Below, piece by piece: positions 11,995-23,572 of a stretch of 64,000 nucleotides of DNA. Numbering within the stretch: position 1 is the stretch's first letter; every line of letters begins with the position of its first letter. The position numbers and the translations under genes are program-made. Under the pieces are notes generated by a model that searched no databases, had not been told where the DNA came from, and worked only from the letters and a program-made list of their open reading frames with translations. Source of the stretch: Octopus sinensis (taxonomy: Eukaryota); the NCBI RefSeq assembly GCF_006345805.1, contig NC_043005.1, positions 31,620,001 to 31,684,000 of the forward strand, given 5' to 3'.

Positions 11995-13775
11995 CGCAAA
12001 CAAAGCAATAAATATTTATGAAGCAAACATTTCCACACATTCAAGACTCCTCACAAACGCCATCACCACAACATACAAAAGCACTCGTAATTCCACATAC
12101 TATGGCATAAACACAGAAGCAAAGGAGCTAGCTATCTGCCTTAAGATAAAGGACTGTGTGGACTGTCTCGCCACGTGACTCCCCACCATATTACACTTAA
12201 GGATCATAAGCCAATTTCAATTCCAACGCCAAATACAGGCGTATCAACCTCTCCAAAAGCGAAATAGGTATCAGTAGCAAGTGTATTTTTGATACTTTCA
12301 ACTCTGACATCAGAAGGGATACAGGGTTGACTCATGGAACTCCAGTGCAGCTGTGATAGACTGGTTCCGCGGTATCGAGAATAAATCAGCCTGAAAATTC
12401 AGCCAGTTCAACATTGTTGACTTCCACACTTCCATATCTAAGCCCCTCCTCCTGAAGGCCCTAGCTTTTGTTGGACAATTTACCATCATTAGTGATCTTG
12501 ATATCCGAACCATCATGAATGCCAGAAAGTCGAATGTTCGGTTCACAACGATTCCTCCTAGGTGATCCATTGTTTCATGTCCCTTTGGAGAATTTTGACG
12601 GGGCTGAAATCGCCGACCTCGTCAGGTTATATATCTTGGATACCCTTCAAGAGACGTACACATCCAAATAGGTCAACCCTCTATAGGGGTGATGGCCAGA
12701 CTATCTCAAGCCATATGAATGGTCACATCATGGTCAACGTCAGGAAGAACTTGATAAAAAATATTGAAAGATTTCGGCCTGTCCATAACGGTCACTACCA
12801 ACCTGATTACGGTCAATTTCTTGACATAATATTAGACCTGAACACGGGCAAATACTACACCTACAGCAAGCCTAATGAAGAAACGGTATATATCCACAAG
12901 AGCTCAAACACATCCCCCACCACTGTAATTAGAAATCTATTTTCCGGCATTAACAAATGGGTTTCTAAACTCTCAGCCATTATGGAGAACTTTAATAGGG
13001 CCGCCCCTCACTGCAATGATGTTTTCGCTAGGAGCAGATTTTCAGAGAAGCTTACGTATGTGGACGAACCTCAAACTCGCTGTCCTCACCCCAAGAGAAT
13101 TAAAAAAGGAAAATTATCTGGTATAAATCCCCCCATTTAACCTAGAAGTATCTGCCAACGTAGCCAGGGGCCTCCTGTCGTTAATAAAGAAACACTTCCT
13201 CAGAGGCCATAAGTATTACAAACTCTTCAGCCTCCATAATGTCGAGGTAAGCTACTCCTGCTTAGACAACATCGCATCTAACACCGCACGCATCAACAGA
13301 TGTAAAGATGTGGCCACACAACCCAACCCCAATCTGCAAGTGTCGGAACTTACCACTTCCCTCAAGGAACATCCTGCCTCTAGGAGGATCCTGACTCTAG
13401 ATGGATCCTGCTTCTCAAGGGCTTTAGTATACAGAGCCACACTTACACCATCCGATGGCATTACTAGGCACTATATGGACATGACAGTCAATAACATCAA
13501 GGGAAGATACTCCTAGAATTTGCATTCCTTTAGATCTATGGACAGAGAGAACTCCACTTCCCTGTCGCACTTTCTCTGGAGACTTCGTAACCTCTGAGAT
13601 GAAATATCCAACATCCAATGGACTACTGTCGACAGGGCGCCACCATATTAACCCGGTGCCCCTAATTGCCAGCTGTGTCTCCGCAAAATAGAGCATATCG
13701 TTTACCAACCCGCAGTATCTATCGACAAGAAATATGAGGCATCGTACACCTTTCTGGTAAATTTCAAGTCATTGG
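11995..13775 (+). mobile_element. Penelope-like element (Neptune-type) RT plus GIY-YIG endonuclease, decayed
   Basis: NFNSNAKYRRINLSKSEIG, WNSSAAVIDWF, QFNIVDFH, FDGAEIADLV, LYRGDG, FLDIILDLNTGKY, WYNPP-like motif and LDGSCFSRALVYRA..TRHYMDMT. Many frameshifts. Putative pLTR follows to ~14290. Confidence 0.8.
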
Positions 13776-14325
13776 TCACCGACAACCCGGATATATCTCC
13801 TTAGTACCAGCCATCCCTAGTACCGCCTGCACCAAGGTCACTGTAACAAATTAACCCCCATGAATAACACCGAAGATCACAAATCCCTAACACTTATCAA
13901 TTCCTGTCAACCAACATTCTCATCCCTTGTACATCACCCCTTGTGCATGACCACACAGGCGTATGTGTGCGCGCACTTGTACGTGAGTGCGTATATGCAT
14001 CTCTTCACCGTAGGCATGCGTATGGATGTGTGTGTGCAGGTGTACATGGGCGTGCGTACATGCCCTTATACACCCATGCGTGTGATTGTATGTATATGTG
14101 CGCACTTGTGTGTGCGCGCGTGCTAACGTCCAGTTGTAAACATTGACTCATTGACTATCTTCAATCGAACTCTCATTCAGACCCTAATGGCTGAAGACTA
14201 GCCACACGCTTGAGTACAAAATGTCCGAATCAAACTGTTTTTATCTATACATGTAGCTCCCAATAAATGTGTTGAGCTTCCTTCTTTCGTTTGTCTACTC
14301 ACTCGAATGTGTGTGTGTGTATTTG

Positions 14326-14383
<58 letters not shown>

Positions 14384-14429
14384 TATATATACGTACACAT
14401 GTAAGTATATTATATATATATATATATAT

Positions 14430-15602
14430 TGTTACGGAATCACCCGTCGTCGCCCGTCCCGAACGGCTCACACAAGTTCCGCCACGGAACCCAAAGAGGC
14501 GGAGAGAGGAGATACAGATAGATACTGCCACAACCCCAACAGCACAGAGATACAGAGGCACAACCCGAGATACAACCCAAAGAGGCAAGGCAACAACTGG
14601 CAACACTGGCTTATATTCAAACAACAGTTTATACGACAATTACAATTGTTACAACATCAAGATACATCAAAGCATGCACGTGACTACTCAATACATAATA
14701 CAACGGCATTTCAAGAGTACAACTCAAAGCATAATACAACATCATGTAACAATATATCAGTCCGGAGACACAACAAGTCATATACAGTATTTCAAAGGTA
14801 CACATCACAGATAACGTCACATCAACAAGTCCTTTACTCTTCAACTCACAATGTTCTTTATCGACTACATCGACAGAGTCTCTGACTGTTCTTTTCACTG
14901 TTCAATACACCGTGACACATATCAATGCACAAACACATACCTCAATTCCTAACTGAATCTGCCAGTGTCCCATTCCTCTCAATACTGCTAATTCCTCTGA
15001 ATACTGCTAATTCCCTTGAATACTGCTAATTCCCTTCTGTGCCGCCAAGCTTTCTCGCATCCAACTTGTTCCTAAGAATTCCAACGCTTGCTCCTTAAAT
15101 CCAAGGTCCGTCTGTCTTCTTCGAGGACCGGCCAGCGACTGCCAGATCCGTCTGTGTTCTTCGACGACCGCTCAACGACTGCCCTTCTTGACGACCAACT
15201 GCGAACTACCAGACCTCACTTCGTCTCTGTCCTTCTTCCACTCCCCTCATCTCCCTCTGTCTATATCGCTCTTACCCTCTCTAACTGCCCTGGTCCTTAT
15301 ATCCTATCTATATCGCCTGCTGTCTCTTAGCCTTTCTATTTGCTCTCTGATCTTACTGCCTATCTCTATTTGCTCTCAGCCCTCACTCTATCGCTATCGC
15401 CTGCTGCCTATCACCCTCTCACGACAGCTCTCAGATCCTTTAATCTGTCTTCCTCTTCACTTCTTCAAGGGGTGCTTAGAATGACCTCCAATTCACCCGA
15501 ATCTGACAGGACAATGGGTTTATCCTAATGTAGGTCACTGGGACATACTACACTGGCTAACCCAGGTCACTGGGACATACTACACTAGCTAAGCCCGTAA
15601 CA
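14430..15602 (-). repeat. 3' LTR (1173 bp)
   Basis: TG...CA termini with an 8-bp terminal inverted repeat. Internal tandem repeats GAATACTGCTAATTCC x3 (~14980-15037) and a ~31-bp x2 repeat (~15532-15592). Confidence 0.95.
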
Positions 15603-15615
15603 CTACCCCCTACCT
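15603..15615 (-). promoter_or_regulatory. Polypurine tract
   Basis: Minus strand AGGTAGGGGGTAG directly abuts the 3' LTR. Confidence 0.85.
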
Positions 15616-16743
15616 AAGCTTTTGTCGACCCGACAAAGCATAACAAACTCGCACCTCCGAGCAGCAGACTCTCCAGGGGCTGGGGGTCCCCTCGGGTGGT
15701 TTCTCCTCCGGGGGTCTCACCTCCCACGGCCACCACCTCAGCACCAGCCACAGGTTGGCACCTTCCCTCTGCGGCTTGGGTAACACCTCCGCCAACGCCG
15801 CCAGGCTTCCTACTAGCCGCCCACAATAGGCGCACCGTCCGAGGAGGTTCCTCAAATCCCTCACACAGGAAGGGTCCGGCCAATCCTTCACAGTGGCCAC
15901 CTTCCTCAGGGCTCTATAGCCCACGTAGCACCTTGCTGTACCATCTCCATTCCGCGCAATTATCGCTGACGACCACGGACCATTCTGTCCTTTCACTGCT
16001 CCCTGTCGCCGATATCTCCTCTTGCGCTGCTGTACTGGGGCCTTCCTCCGGCCTCGCTGCTTCCTCAAGCGACGACCGCCTTGGTCGACGAAACGTTCTG
16101 CCAGGTCCGTGCGACCAGCATCCAACAACCCTCGCGACCAACGTCCTGCGCTTTTCACCAACACCCGAGTGCCAACCATGCACCGGCGACTCCCTGCGGA
16201 CCGCCTCCGCAACTGCACAGGTAGACCACCATCTCCGACTGCATCACTGTATTGGCAGAACTGGCCCTGCCGCTGGTCCACCGTCCGGCGCAGTTCCACG
16301 ATTTGCCCTCTGCAAATCGCCTGCGCAGCCTTCAATAACTCGGCCGACTCAACCAGCGCTCTGTCAACTTCTGCCTCCACCAGGGTCCAGCCGACCCTCA
16401 ATTGAGCATGTCGGGCTCCACCGGCCCCACGCAACCATCGAATACAGAGCTCCCCCAAGTGCCAACAAAGTACCAGCGACTCCTTGCAGACCACTTCCTC
16501 AACTGCATCCGTGGGCCACCACCTCCTTCCACTGCGTTGCCGTATCGGCAGAACTGGCCCCACCACTGGTTCGCCATCTGGCACGATTCCTCGATTTGCC
16601 TTCTGCAAATCGCCTGTGCCACTTCCAAAAGATCGGCCGACCCAGCCAGCGCTCCACCAGCTTCTGCTTCCACTAGGGTCCACCCGACCCTCAATCGAGC
16701 TTTCACTAGGCACTGCCTGTCGGGCTCCACCGGCCCCAAGCAA
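15610..16743 (-). CDS. Degenerate pol-derived ORF (377 aa): RT N-terminal remnant fused to the RT/RNase H linker, RT core deleted
   Basis: GPWSSAIIARNGDGTARCYVGYRALRKV (~SPWSSPIVLVxKKDGSxRFCVDYRxLN) joined directly to ATVKDWPDPSCVRDLRNLLGRCAYCGRLV (~AVKEWPxPxxVRELRSFLGLCSYYRRFV). Confidence 0.5.
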   Translation of the reverse strand: MLGAGGARQAVPSESSIEGRVDPSGSRSWWSAGWVGRSFGSGTGDLQKANRGIVPDGEPVVGPVLPIRQRSGRRWWPTDAVEEVVCKESLVLCWHLGELCIRWLRGAGGARHAQLRVGWTLVEAEVDRALVESAELLKAAQAICRGQIVELRRTVDQRQGQFCQYSDAVGDGGLPVQLRRRSAGSRRCMVGTRVLVKSAGRWSRGLLDAGRTDLAERFVDQGGRRLRKQRGRRKAPVQQRKRRYRRQGAVKGQNGPWSSAIIARNGDGTARCYVGYRALRKVATVKDWPDPSCVRDLRNLLGRCAYCGRLVGSLAALAEVLPKPQREGANLWLVLRWWPWEVRPPEEKPPEGTPSPWRVCCSEVRVCYALSGRQKLR

Positions 16744-17582
16744 CCATCAACCACAAAGCTCACCCAACGCTGAAGCAGTCTTCCTGGTCTCGGTGGACAC
16801 ACCACCGTTCGCAGCCGTCTCGCCTCGTCAACGGGCCTGGTCCTTTTCCTCACCAGCTTCCGTACCGCAGGCCTCACAACACGCACGCTCGGCCGCCAGT
16901 CCATCCACGCCTGTGGCCTCTCCACAGTGGGAACCATACAGTCCCTCTGGGCCCCAAGAGACAGGGGTCCAGACACCAAAGGATCCGCACACGGCATAGC
17001 ACCTGCCGCGACCATCACACACAGAGCCGGAACCTCGGACTCAGCGACATTCTCCCCAGACCTCGCCAGCTCTTCGTCCTGAGCTCCGAGAGACAGGGGT
17101 CGAGATGCCAAGGGCTCCAAACACGGAACAACAGCATCAGCCATAACACCTTCCACAGGCCTTTTGGTTACTTCAACCTCTACGGGTTCCAAATCACAAG
17201 ATTTCTTGGGTACAGCGTCACAAATTTCGGCAACCAGCCCAGGTTCCGCAAACACAGCCGGTCCAGCATCACAGATTTCGGCAACACTTCCTTCACTATC
17301 TGTTTCCCTCGATGCTTCGTTCGACGGGCAATCTCTGCCCACAGGACCGTCGCTATCCTCGGTCCAACACCGATCCTTCAAAGCTGACCCATCCGCAACC
17401 TCAAGCTCCCGCTGATCTGCCCACAGGCCCTGTCGCCTCCTGTCCATTCTCTCCACGAACGCGTCCGTCTGCGCCATCTGGCCCCTTAACATCTCCACAA
17501 TCAGAGCAAGCGAAATCTCCTCGTCTCCGGTCTGACAACCAGACAAATCCATAGCGAAAAAGAACCGATCGAAACGCAGCAA
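16398..17582 (-). CDS. ORF1 of the non-autonomous Gypsy element (394 aa; probable start MDLSG ~17552), gag-like N-terminus
   Basis: Long open frame starting just after the PBS, with a helical or coiled-coil-like N-terminus (EEISLALIVEMLRGQMAQTDAFVERMDRRRQ). No CCHC knuckle seen. High GC makes chance ORFs more likely. Confidence 0.5.
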   Translation of the reverse strand: MLRFDRFFFAMDLSGCQTGDEEISLALIVEMLRGQMAQTDAFVERMDRRRQGLWADQRELEVADGSALKDRCWTEDSDGPVGRDCPSNEASRETDSEGSVAEICDAGPAVFAEPGLVAEICDAVPKKSCDLEPVEVEVTKRPVEGVMADAVVPCLEPLASRPLSLGAQDEELARSGENVAESEVPALCVMVAAGAMPCADPLVSGPLSLGAQRDCMVPTVERPQAWMDWRPSVRVVRPAVRKLVRKRTRPVDEARRLRTVVCPPRPGRLLQRWVSFVVDGCLGPVEPDRQCLVKARLRVGWTLVEAEAGGALAGSADLLEVAQAICRRQIEESCQMANQWWGQFCRYGNAVEGGGGPRMQLRKWSARSRWYFVGTWGSSVFDGCVGPVEPDMLN

Positions 17583-17590
17583 TCAGGACA

Positions 17591-17608
17591 ATCCCACTTC
17601 TGACACCA
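17591..17608 (-). promoter_or_regulatory. Primer-binding site, tRNA-Leu(CAA)-type
   Basis: Minus strand TGGTGTCAGAAGTGGGAT, 2 nt from the 5' LTR; complementary to the 3' end of tRNA-Leu. Confidence 0.9.
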
Positions 17609-17610
17609 GT

Positions 17611-18786
17611 TGTTACGGAAGAATCACCCGTCGTCGCCCGTCCCGAACGGCTCACACAAGTTCCGCCACGGAACCCAAAGAGGCGGAGAGAGGAGATACA
17701 GATAGATACTGCCACAACCCCAACAGCACAGAGATACAGAGGCACAACCCGAGATACAACCCAAAGAGGCAAGGCAACAACTGGCAACACTGGCTTATAT
17801 TCAAACAACAGTTTATACGACAATTACAATTGTTACAACATCAAGATACATCAAAGCATGCACGTGACTACTCAATACATAATACAACGGCATTTCAAGA
17901 GTACAACTCAAAGCATAATACAACATCATGTAACAATATATCAGTCCGGAGACACAACAAGTCATATACAGTATTTCAAAGGTACACATCACAGATAACG
18001 TCACATCAACAAGTCCTTTACTCTTCAACTCACAATGTTCTTTATCGACTACATCGACAGAGTCTCTGACTGTTCTTTTCACTGTTCAATACACCGTGAC
18101 ACATATCAATGCACAAACACATACCTCAATTCCTAACTGAATCTGCCAGTGTCCCATTCCTCTCAATACTGCTAATTCCTCTGAATACTGCTAATTCCCT
18201 TGAATACTGCTAATTCCCTTCTGTGCCGCCAAGCTTTCTCGCATCCAACTTGCTCCTAAAAATTCCAACGCTTGCTCTTTAAATCCAAGGTCCGTCTGTC
18301 TTCTTCGAGGACCGGCCAGCGACTGCCAGATCCGTCTGTGTTCTTCGACGACCGCTCAACGACTGCCCTTCTTGACGACCAACTGCGAACTACCAGACCT
18401 CACTTCGTCTCTGTCCTTCTTCCACTCCCCTCATCTCCCTCTGTCTATATCGCTCTTACCCTCTCTAACTGCCCTGGTCCTTATATCCTATCTATATCGC
18501 CTGCTGTCTCTTAGCCTTTCTATTTGCTCTCTGATCTTACTGCCTATCTCTATTTGCTCTCAGCCCTCACTCTATCGCTATCGCCTGCTGCCTATCACCC
18601 TCTCACGACAGCTCTCAGATCCTTTAATCTGTCTTCCTCTTCACTTCTTCAAGGGGTGCTTAGAATAACCTCCAATTCACCCGAATCTGACAGGACAATG
18701 GGTTTATCCTAATGTAGGTCACTGGGACATACTACACTGGCTAACCCAGGTCACTGGGACATACTACACTAGCTAAGCCCGTAACA
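17611..18786 (-). repeat. 5' LTR (1176 bp)
   Basis: Near-identical to 14430-15602. Confidence 0.95.
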
Positions 18787-18788
18787 CC

Positions 18789-18885
<97 letters not shown>

Positions 18886-19082
18886 TAAGTAATTAAGGGT
18901 TTAGCAACGATTTGCCTCACCACACACCGAATTTAGAAATAGCAGTCAAAGAGTTATAGCTATTCTTTCTACTAAAAGGGAGATCCGATATATAAGATAC
19001 ATATATAGGGTTGCGAATATTCATTTATAAGTATCACCACCAGTGGCCTAACATCTATAAATAGTCAATAGACAGCATATTC

Positions 19083-19256
19083 ATATTTTAAAATAGTGTA
19101 CATTTAAACACAAAAGAAAATTAGCCTTTAACAGGTAATTTTTACATGCTAGAAGAAGCAGCTTTAGGCGTGTTTGGGTGCTTCTTCTAGCATGTAAAAA
19201 TTACCTGTTAAAGGGTAATTTTCTTTTGTGCTTAAATGTACACTATTTTAAAATAT
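19083..19256. repeat. Foldback: 78-bp inverted arms with an 18-nt spacer
   Basis: Arms 19083-19160 and 19179-19256 have 2 mismatches. They share GTGTACATTTAAACACA and GCTAGAA..CAGCT with the 42850 unit. Confidence 0.9.
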
Positions 19257-19587
19257 ATATATATATTGGCCTGCTCGCTTAGCCAGCGGGGTGGCGTCAT
19301 TCGAAGGCTAAAACGATGCGAAGCGCATTGTGACCAGCGATGTGTAGCAACATCTGATGGTCTGGTCGGTCACATGATCACGTGATATATGTATATATAT
19401 AATTACATGTGTGCGTAAAAGGAGAAAATTGATAGAAGAGTTTTCATCGGTTTTGAGAAATCAACTTATCTACTTGCTCATTCAATTTAAATATGAAAGT
19501 GGCTAACTATTCAAACAGACTCGGAATATTTATTTATTTAATTATTTTTCCCTCTTCCCTTAATCCACATGGTATATTATACAGCAG

Positions 19588-19985
19588 AAGGCACCGAGCT
19601 GGCAGAAACGTAAGCACGCCGGGCGAAATGCTTAGCGGTATTTCGTCTGCCGCTACGTTCTGAGTTCAAATTCCGCCGAGGTCGACTTTGCCTTTCATCC
19701 TTTTGGGGTCGATGAAATAAGTACCAGTTACGCACTGGAGTCGATATAATCGACTTAATCCGTTTGTCTGTCCTTGTTTGTCCTCTCTGTGTTTAGCCCC
19801 TTGTGGGTAGTAAACAAATAGGTATTTCGTCTGTCTTTACGTTCTGAGTTCAAATTCTGCCTTGGTTGACTTTGCCTTTCATCCTTTCGGGGCCGATAAA
19901 TTAAGTACTGGTTGCGTCCTGGGGTAGATGTAATAGACTGGCCCCTTCCCCCAAAATTTCAGGCCTTGTACCTAGAGTAGAAAAT
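19588..19985 (+). mobile_element. tRNA-derived SINE(s), composite, ending in an (ATT)n tail
   Basis: GAGCTGGCAGAAACG head, GAGTTCAAATTCC B-box-like motif, repeated central CCTTTCATCC..GGGGTCGA domain. Confidence 0.8.
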
Positions 19986-19995
19986 ATTATTATTA

Positions 19996-20390
19996 TTATT
20001 ATTATCTTGTTTTTCTCATTGAGCACTGTTTTCAGTTTTAATTCAACTCGTCTATAGTATTCTTTTCTTATCTTACATTTGTGTGTGTTGTATCGTATCT
20101 GGTTCATTTATTCCTAAGTTCCTAATTATGTCTTCATTGATTCCTATGTTCCTAAGTATGTCTTCATTGATTCCTAAGTATGTCTGGCTTTGGTGTAATT
20201 CTCTTATTTCATTTGCTTTATTTAGTGTGACGTTGCTACTCTTAACTAGTCCTCCTCTTCTCAAGGTTGCTTTGGCACATTTTCCTAAGCCGAATTTCAT
20301 GATTATTTCTTTGGTAAATCCATGTACAGTCTGTAGTAATGTTCCCGGTTGTTTGTCATTTGTAACGCAGTTCAGTGGGCATCCTCGAGA
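19996..20390 (-). mobile_element. Dong/R4-like RT C-terminal fragment with an internal 30-bp tandem expansion
   Basis: MKFGLGKCAKATLRRG...LGINEDILRNIGINEDIIRNLGINEP...LNEKNKII. Confidence 0.8.
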
Positions 20391-20431
20391 TTTCTTGCTT
20401 TGGAAAATGCTTCCTGCTAGAATTTGACACG

Positions 20432-20476
<45 letters not shown>

Positions 20477-20594
20477 AAATAAACTTTTATTCAGCCGGAC
20501 AGCTAATTGCAGTTCCAATAATTGTCCAATTACTGTTTTTCTATATCGTGTTCGTATATAATTAGATACATATATATATATGTGTGTGTGTGTG

Positions 20595-20633
<39 letters not shown>

Positions 20634-21419
20634 CGCGTGCGTGTGAGTATGCGCGTGCGTGTAAGTATGCGCTTGCGTGTCTGTGTGTAGGTATGTATGT
20701 ATATATGTTCATGTAGCAACACAATATTACAACTTCAGTATTTCAGATCACCGAACTATTTTTATGTTTAATTATATTATGAAACTTGTTTCATACATGT
20801 CAACCGCCCATCGGCTCCCCACATCGCATTGCTTCAGATTTGTAAATCCTCGTTAAACTATGCCAAACTTTATTCGATGTGAAACTAAACGGAATATAGC
20901 TCATAGCTACGAAGGAAACTACATCATGGTTTATACTCTTCTAGAAAAGTGATCGTGTGAAGGAACCCTGACAGGCTTCAACATGTTTACTACAGCATTA
21001 CGGGAATATTTGCGCCTCACCCGCTAAGAATTTGCTGTTTATCCCATATTTCCTTACACTTCAAATACATGTTTGTTTATTTCAGCTCCAGGTTTCACAT
21101 TCTGGTGGTGCATACGTAATATTAACTGCTGTCAAATTCACCAATTTAATTATCCACGCGAAGCTCTCCGCTACATAAACCTCGATGTTATGGCATGCTT
21201 TTATCTGATGAGTTTTCCTTACCAATAGTTCGATACCCGCATATTTCCTGCTGTATTTCATTCCACAGCAAGAATAGGAATTATTTAGCATATACATATG
21301 TATCTCTGTATATATGTATATATCTACATAAAATACACGCATACATATACACATATAGTATACATACATACACACTTATATATTATGTATGTATGTATTT
21401 ATATATGTCATTATTCAGT

Positions 21420-21955
21420 TTCATTTCAAGATTTCAATAGTGAAAGAGTCGGTTTCTAACCTAGATACAACGCTCCTTCATTGGAATTTCAACAACAGCA
21501 ACAGGGTATTCTTGTATGTATGTATGAATTATGTATGTATGCATGCATATATATGTGCAGATTTGTATGTTTCGCTTTATGTATGTATTTCCATACATAT
21601 AGTTGCATGTCTTGACCTGCTCATATATGCTTAAATGATAAACTTCTGGAAAGTTTTACAGAATCATACAGTTCCAGCGATTGGTTTAGATCTATAGCCT
21701 TTGAATCAGCTTTCTCCTTTCTGGTTTTGAGAAGCCTAATTTCTCAAAATTGATATTTAGGCAGTGTCTTACATATCTCAGTGTACCACTAATTACAGGA
21801 ACAAACCTGGGCTTGTAATCTGGATAAAGTAACTGTAGATTCCTCAATAGTTCAGCGTGGGTATTTTCTTTGCCTCTGATCTTTAGCATTATGTTAACGT
21901 ATGTTGGACAGCTGATTTCCACAACTAGACACAGTTTCTCTTCTCTATCCTGAAT
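21420..21955 (-). mobile_element. RLE-type non-LTR retrotransposon 3' fragment
   Basis: QDREEKLCLVVEISCP..NI..KI..KE...ELLRNLQLLYPDYK..FVPVI.G.L (ORF 21692..21922) is a restriction-like endonuclease C-terminus. Confidence 0.7.
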
Positions 21956-21989
21956 ATGTATGTATACGCACGATGACCGGCGTTTACCT

Positions 21990-22370
21990 CGATAAAAGAT
22001 GTGCTCAAAGAAAAGCTGATCAAGACCCTACTTGCCAGTCTCTTCAACGGCACCGTCCTCTCAGCAACCTAATCCACAAGTGAAAAATATACTACTACGA
22101 AGAGAAAAGATATTCAAAATGAGGTAAATTGCAAACGGTGTGGAGTGAACGACGAGAACGCTGAGTATCTAAAACAGAAGCAGAGAAGTTGTCGAGTGGT
22201 ATCTAAGAGATTGGAAAAGGCCACTTGGAACGCCTCCACAAAGATGGGAAGTCGACGACTAATTAAACGACTTCATCTAAGACGGAAAAGAACACAATCG
22301 AGAAAGAATTGAATAGGAGCCGCAATGTGAGTAGCAGGTAATGACAACATCGAATAGTCTGTTTAATACA
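21990..22370 (+). mobile_element. RTE-like LINE 3' remnant
   Basis: RVVEWYLRDWKRPLGTPPQRWE, typical of the RTE C-terminal motif VxEWxPRxxKRxxGRPxxRW. Confidence 0.55.
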
Positions 22371-22389
22371 GGTGATATATATATGTATG

Positions 22390-22456
<67 letters not shown>

Positions 22457-22461
<5 letters not shown>

Positions 22462-23572
22462 TTAGAGATAAAACCACTATTAGGCAAATCAAACAGTGAA
22501 AAACATAAACCAAAGCATAGAAATAAAATTAATTAATATAATATACAAAAAATATATAAAATATAAAATTCAAAATTTAAATTATTTAAATTTAAAGTTA
22601 AAATTTTTTTTTTAATTTTTAATTATTAATTTATACTTATAAATTTTCATATATAAATATATATACATATATATTTTTTTATTATTTTTATTTTTTATTT
22701 TTTATTTTTTATATATATTTATTTATTTATTTATTTATTTATTTATTAAAAAAATATAAGAAATAAAAATAAAATTAAAAATATAAAATTAAAAATGAAA
22801 ATAATAAATATATATATATATATATCCTTAAATCCTTAAAAATGTTTTAGCCCGAAGGCCGCGGCCATGCTGGGGCACCACCGCTGAAATATATATATAT
22901 CTTTATATATAAAAGTGAGGTTGTGTGCTGTCTGTCTCCTACGATTTAGATTCCTAACTACTCCCACATTCTGCGGTGCAGTTTAACCAAAACCGGGTAT
23001 CTTATAGTCGTGATTCATATCGAGCCCTTCTGGGTATTAGCGCGCGTCTACGATGAGTCTACGATTTTTAAAAAAACTTACCATCAATTTTTCCCATTTT
23101 TTAATGCATTTTTGGCATATATAAGGGAAGTAACTCTCTAAAAATATATTATTAAATCTCAGAACGTAAAAAGCTTCAGTAACACCCCCCTTTGTGGTTA
23201 GCCATATTGAGATGGCTATTATACTTTACATCTCTAAAAATGCTTATATAGTTATTTCCCTTACAAACCCGAGCAACGCTGGGCGATACTGGTAGTATAT
23301 ATATAAATTTATAAGCATAAATTAATAATTTAAATTTTTTTTTAAATTTTAACTTGAAATTTAAATAATTTAAATTTTGAATTTTATATTTTATATATTT
23401 TTTGTATATTATATTAATTAATTTTATTTCTATATTTTGGTTTATGTTTTTCACTGTTTGATTTGCCTAATAGTGGTTTTATCTCTAATTTAATATATAT
23501 ATTTATACTGTAAAATTAGATTTAATCCTAAATCTAATTTTTCCCTGTAAGTTTGGATTTACGCCCTAATAT
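22457..23572. repeat. AT-rich inverted repeat pair (22457-22645 / 23302-23495) of a Penelope-pLTR-like family, enclosing a Helitron
   Basis: The arms are reverse complements. The right copy extends to 23572 and is homologous to 38022-38180. Confidence 0.75.
22900..23295 (+). mobile_element. Non-autonomous Helitron
   Basis: 5' TCTTTATATATAAAA + GT-rich tract; 3' hairpin CCCGAGCAACGCTGGG + CTGGTAG|T. The second copy ends in canonical CTAG|T. Confidence 0.75.

Larger units (their letters stand above)
14430..18786 (-). mobile_element. Young non-autonomous Ty3/Gypsy LTR retrotransposon
   Basis: LTRs 14430-15602 and 17611-18786 (TGTTACGG...CCGTAACA; about 4 substitutions and one 3-nt indel). PBS and PPT present. 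The 2008-bp GC-rich interior has pol remnants but no YxDD, RNase H or integrase. No matching TSD (ATAT left, CCAT right). Confidence 0.95.

Noticed and set aside
14180-14245. CTGAAGA motif in the putative pLTR of the Neptune-type Penelope
   Set aside because: The downstream GAAA reads GAAT and I could not build stems I-III.
14980-15037. Short direct-repeat array resembling CRISPR
   Set aside because: Three contiguous ~20-bp repeats without unique spacers, inside a eukaryotic LTR.
14430-15602. LTR retrozyme hypothesis for the non-autonomous Gypsy element
   Set aside because: No CUGANGA/GAAA core found in either strand of the LTR.
15696-16676. 326-aa plus-strand ORF inside the Gypsy element
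   Set aside because: Antisense to the element, Pro/Ser/Thr-rich, and expected in GC-rich DNA; no recognisable motif.
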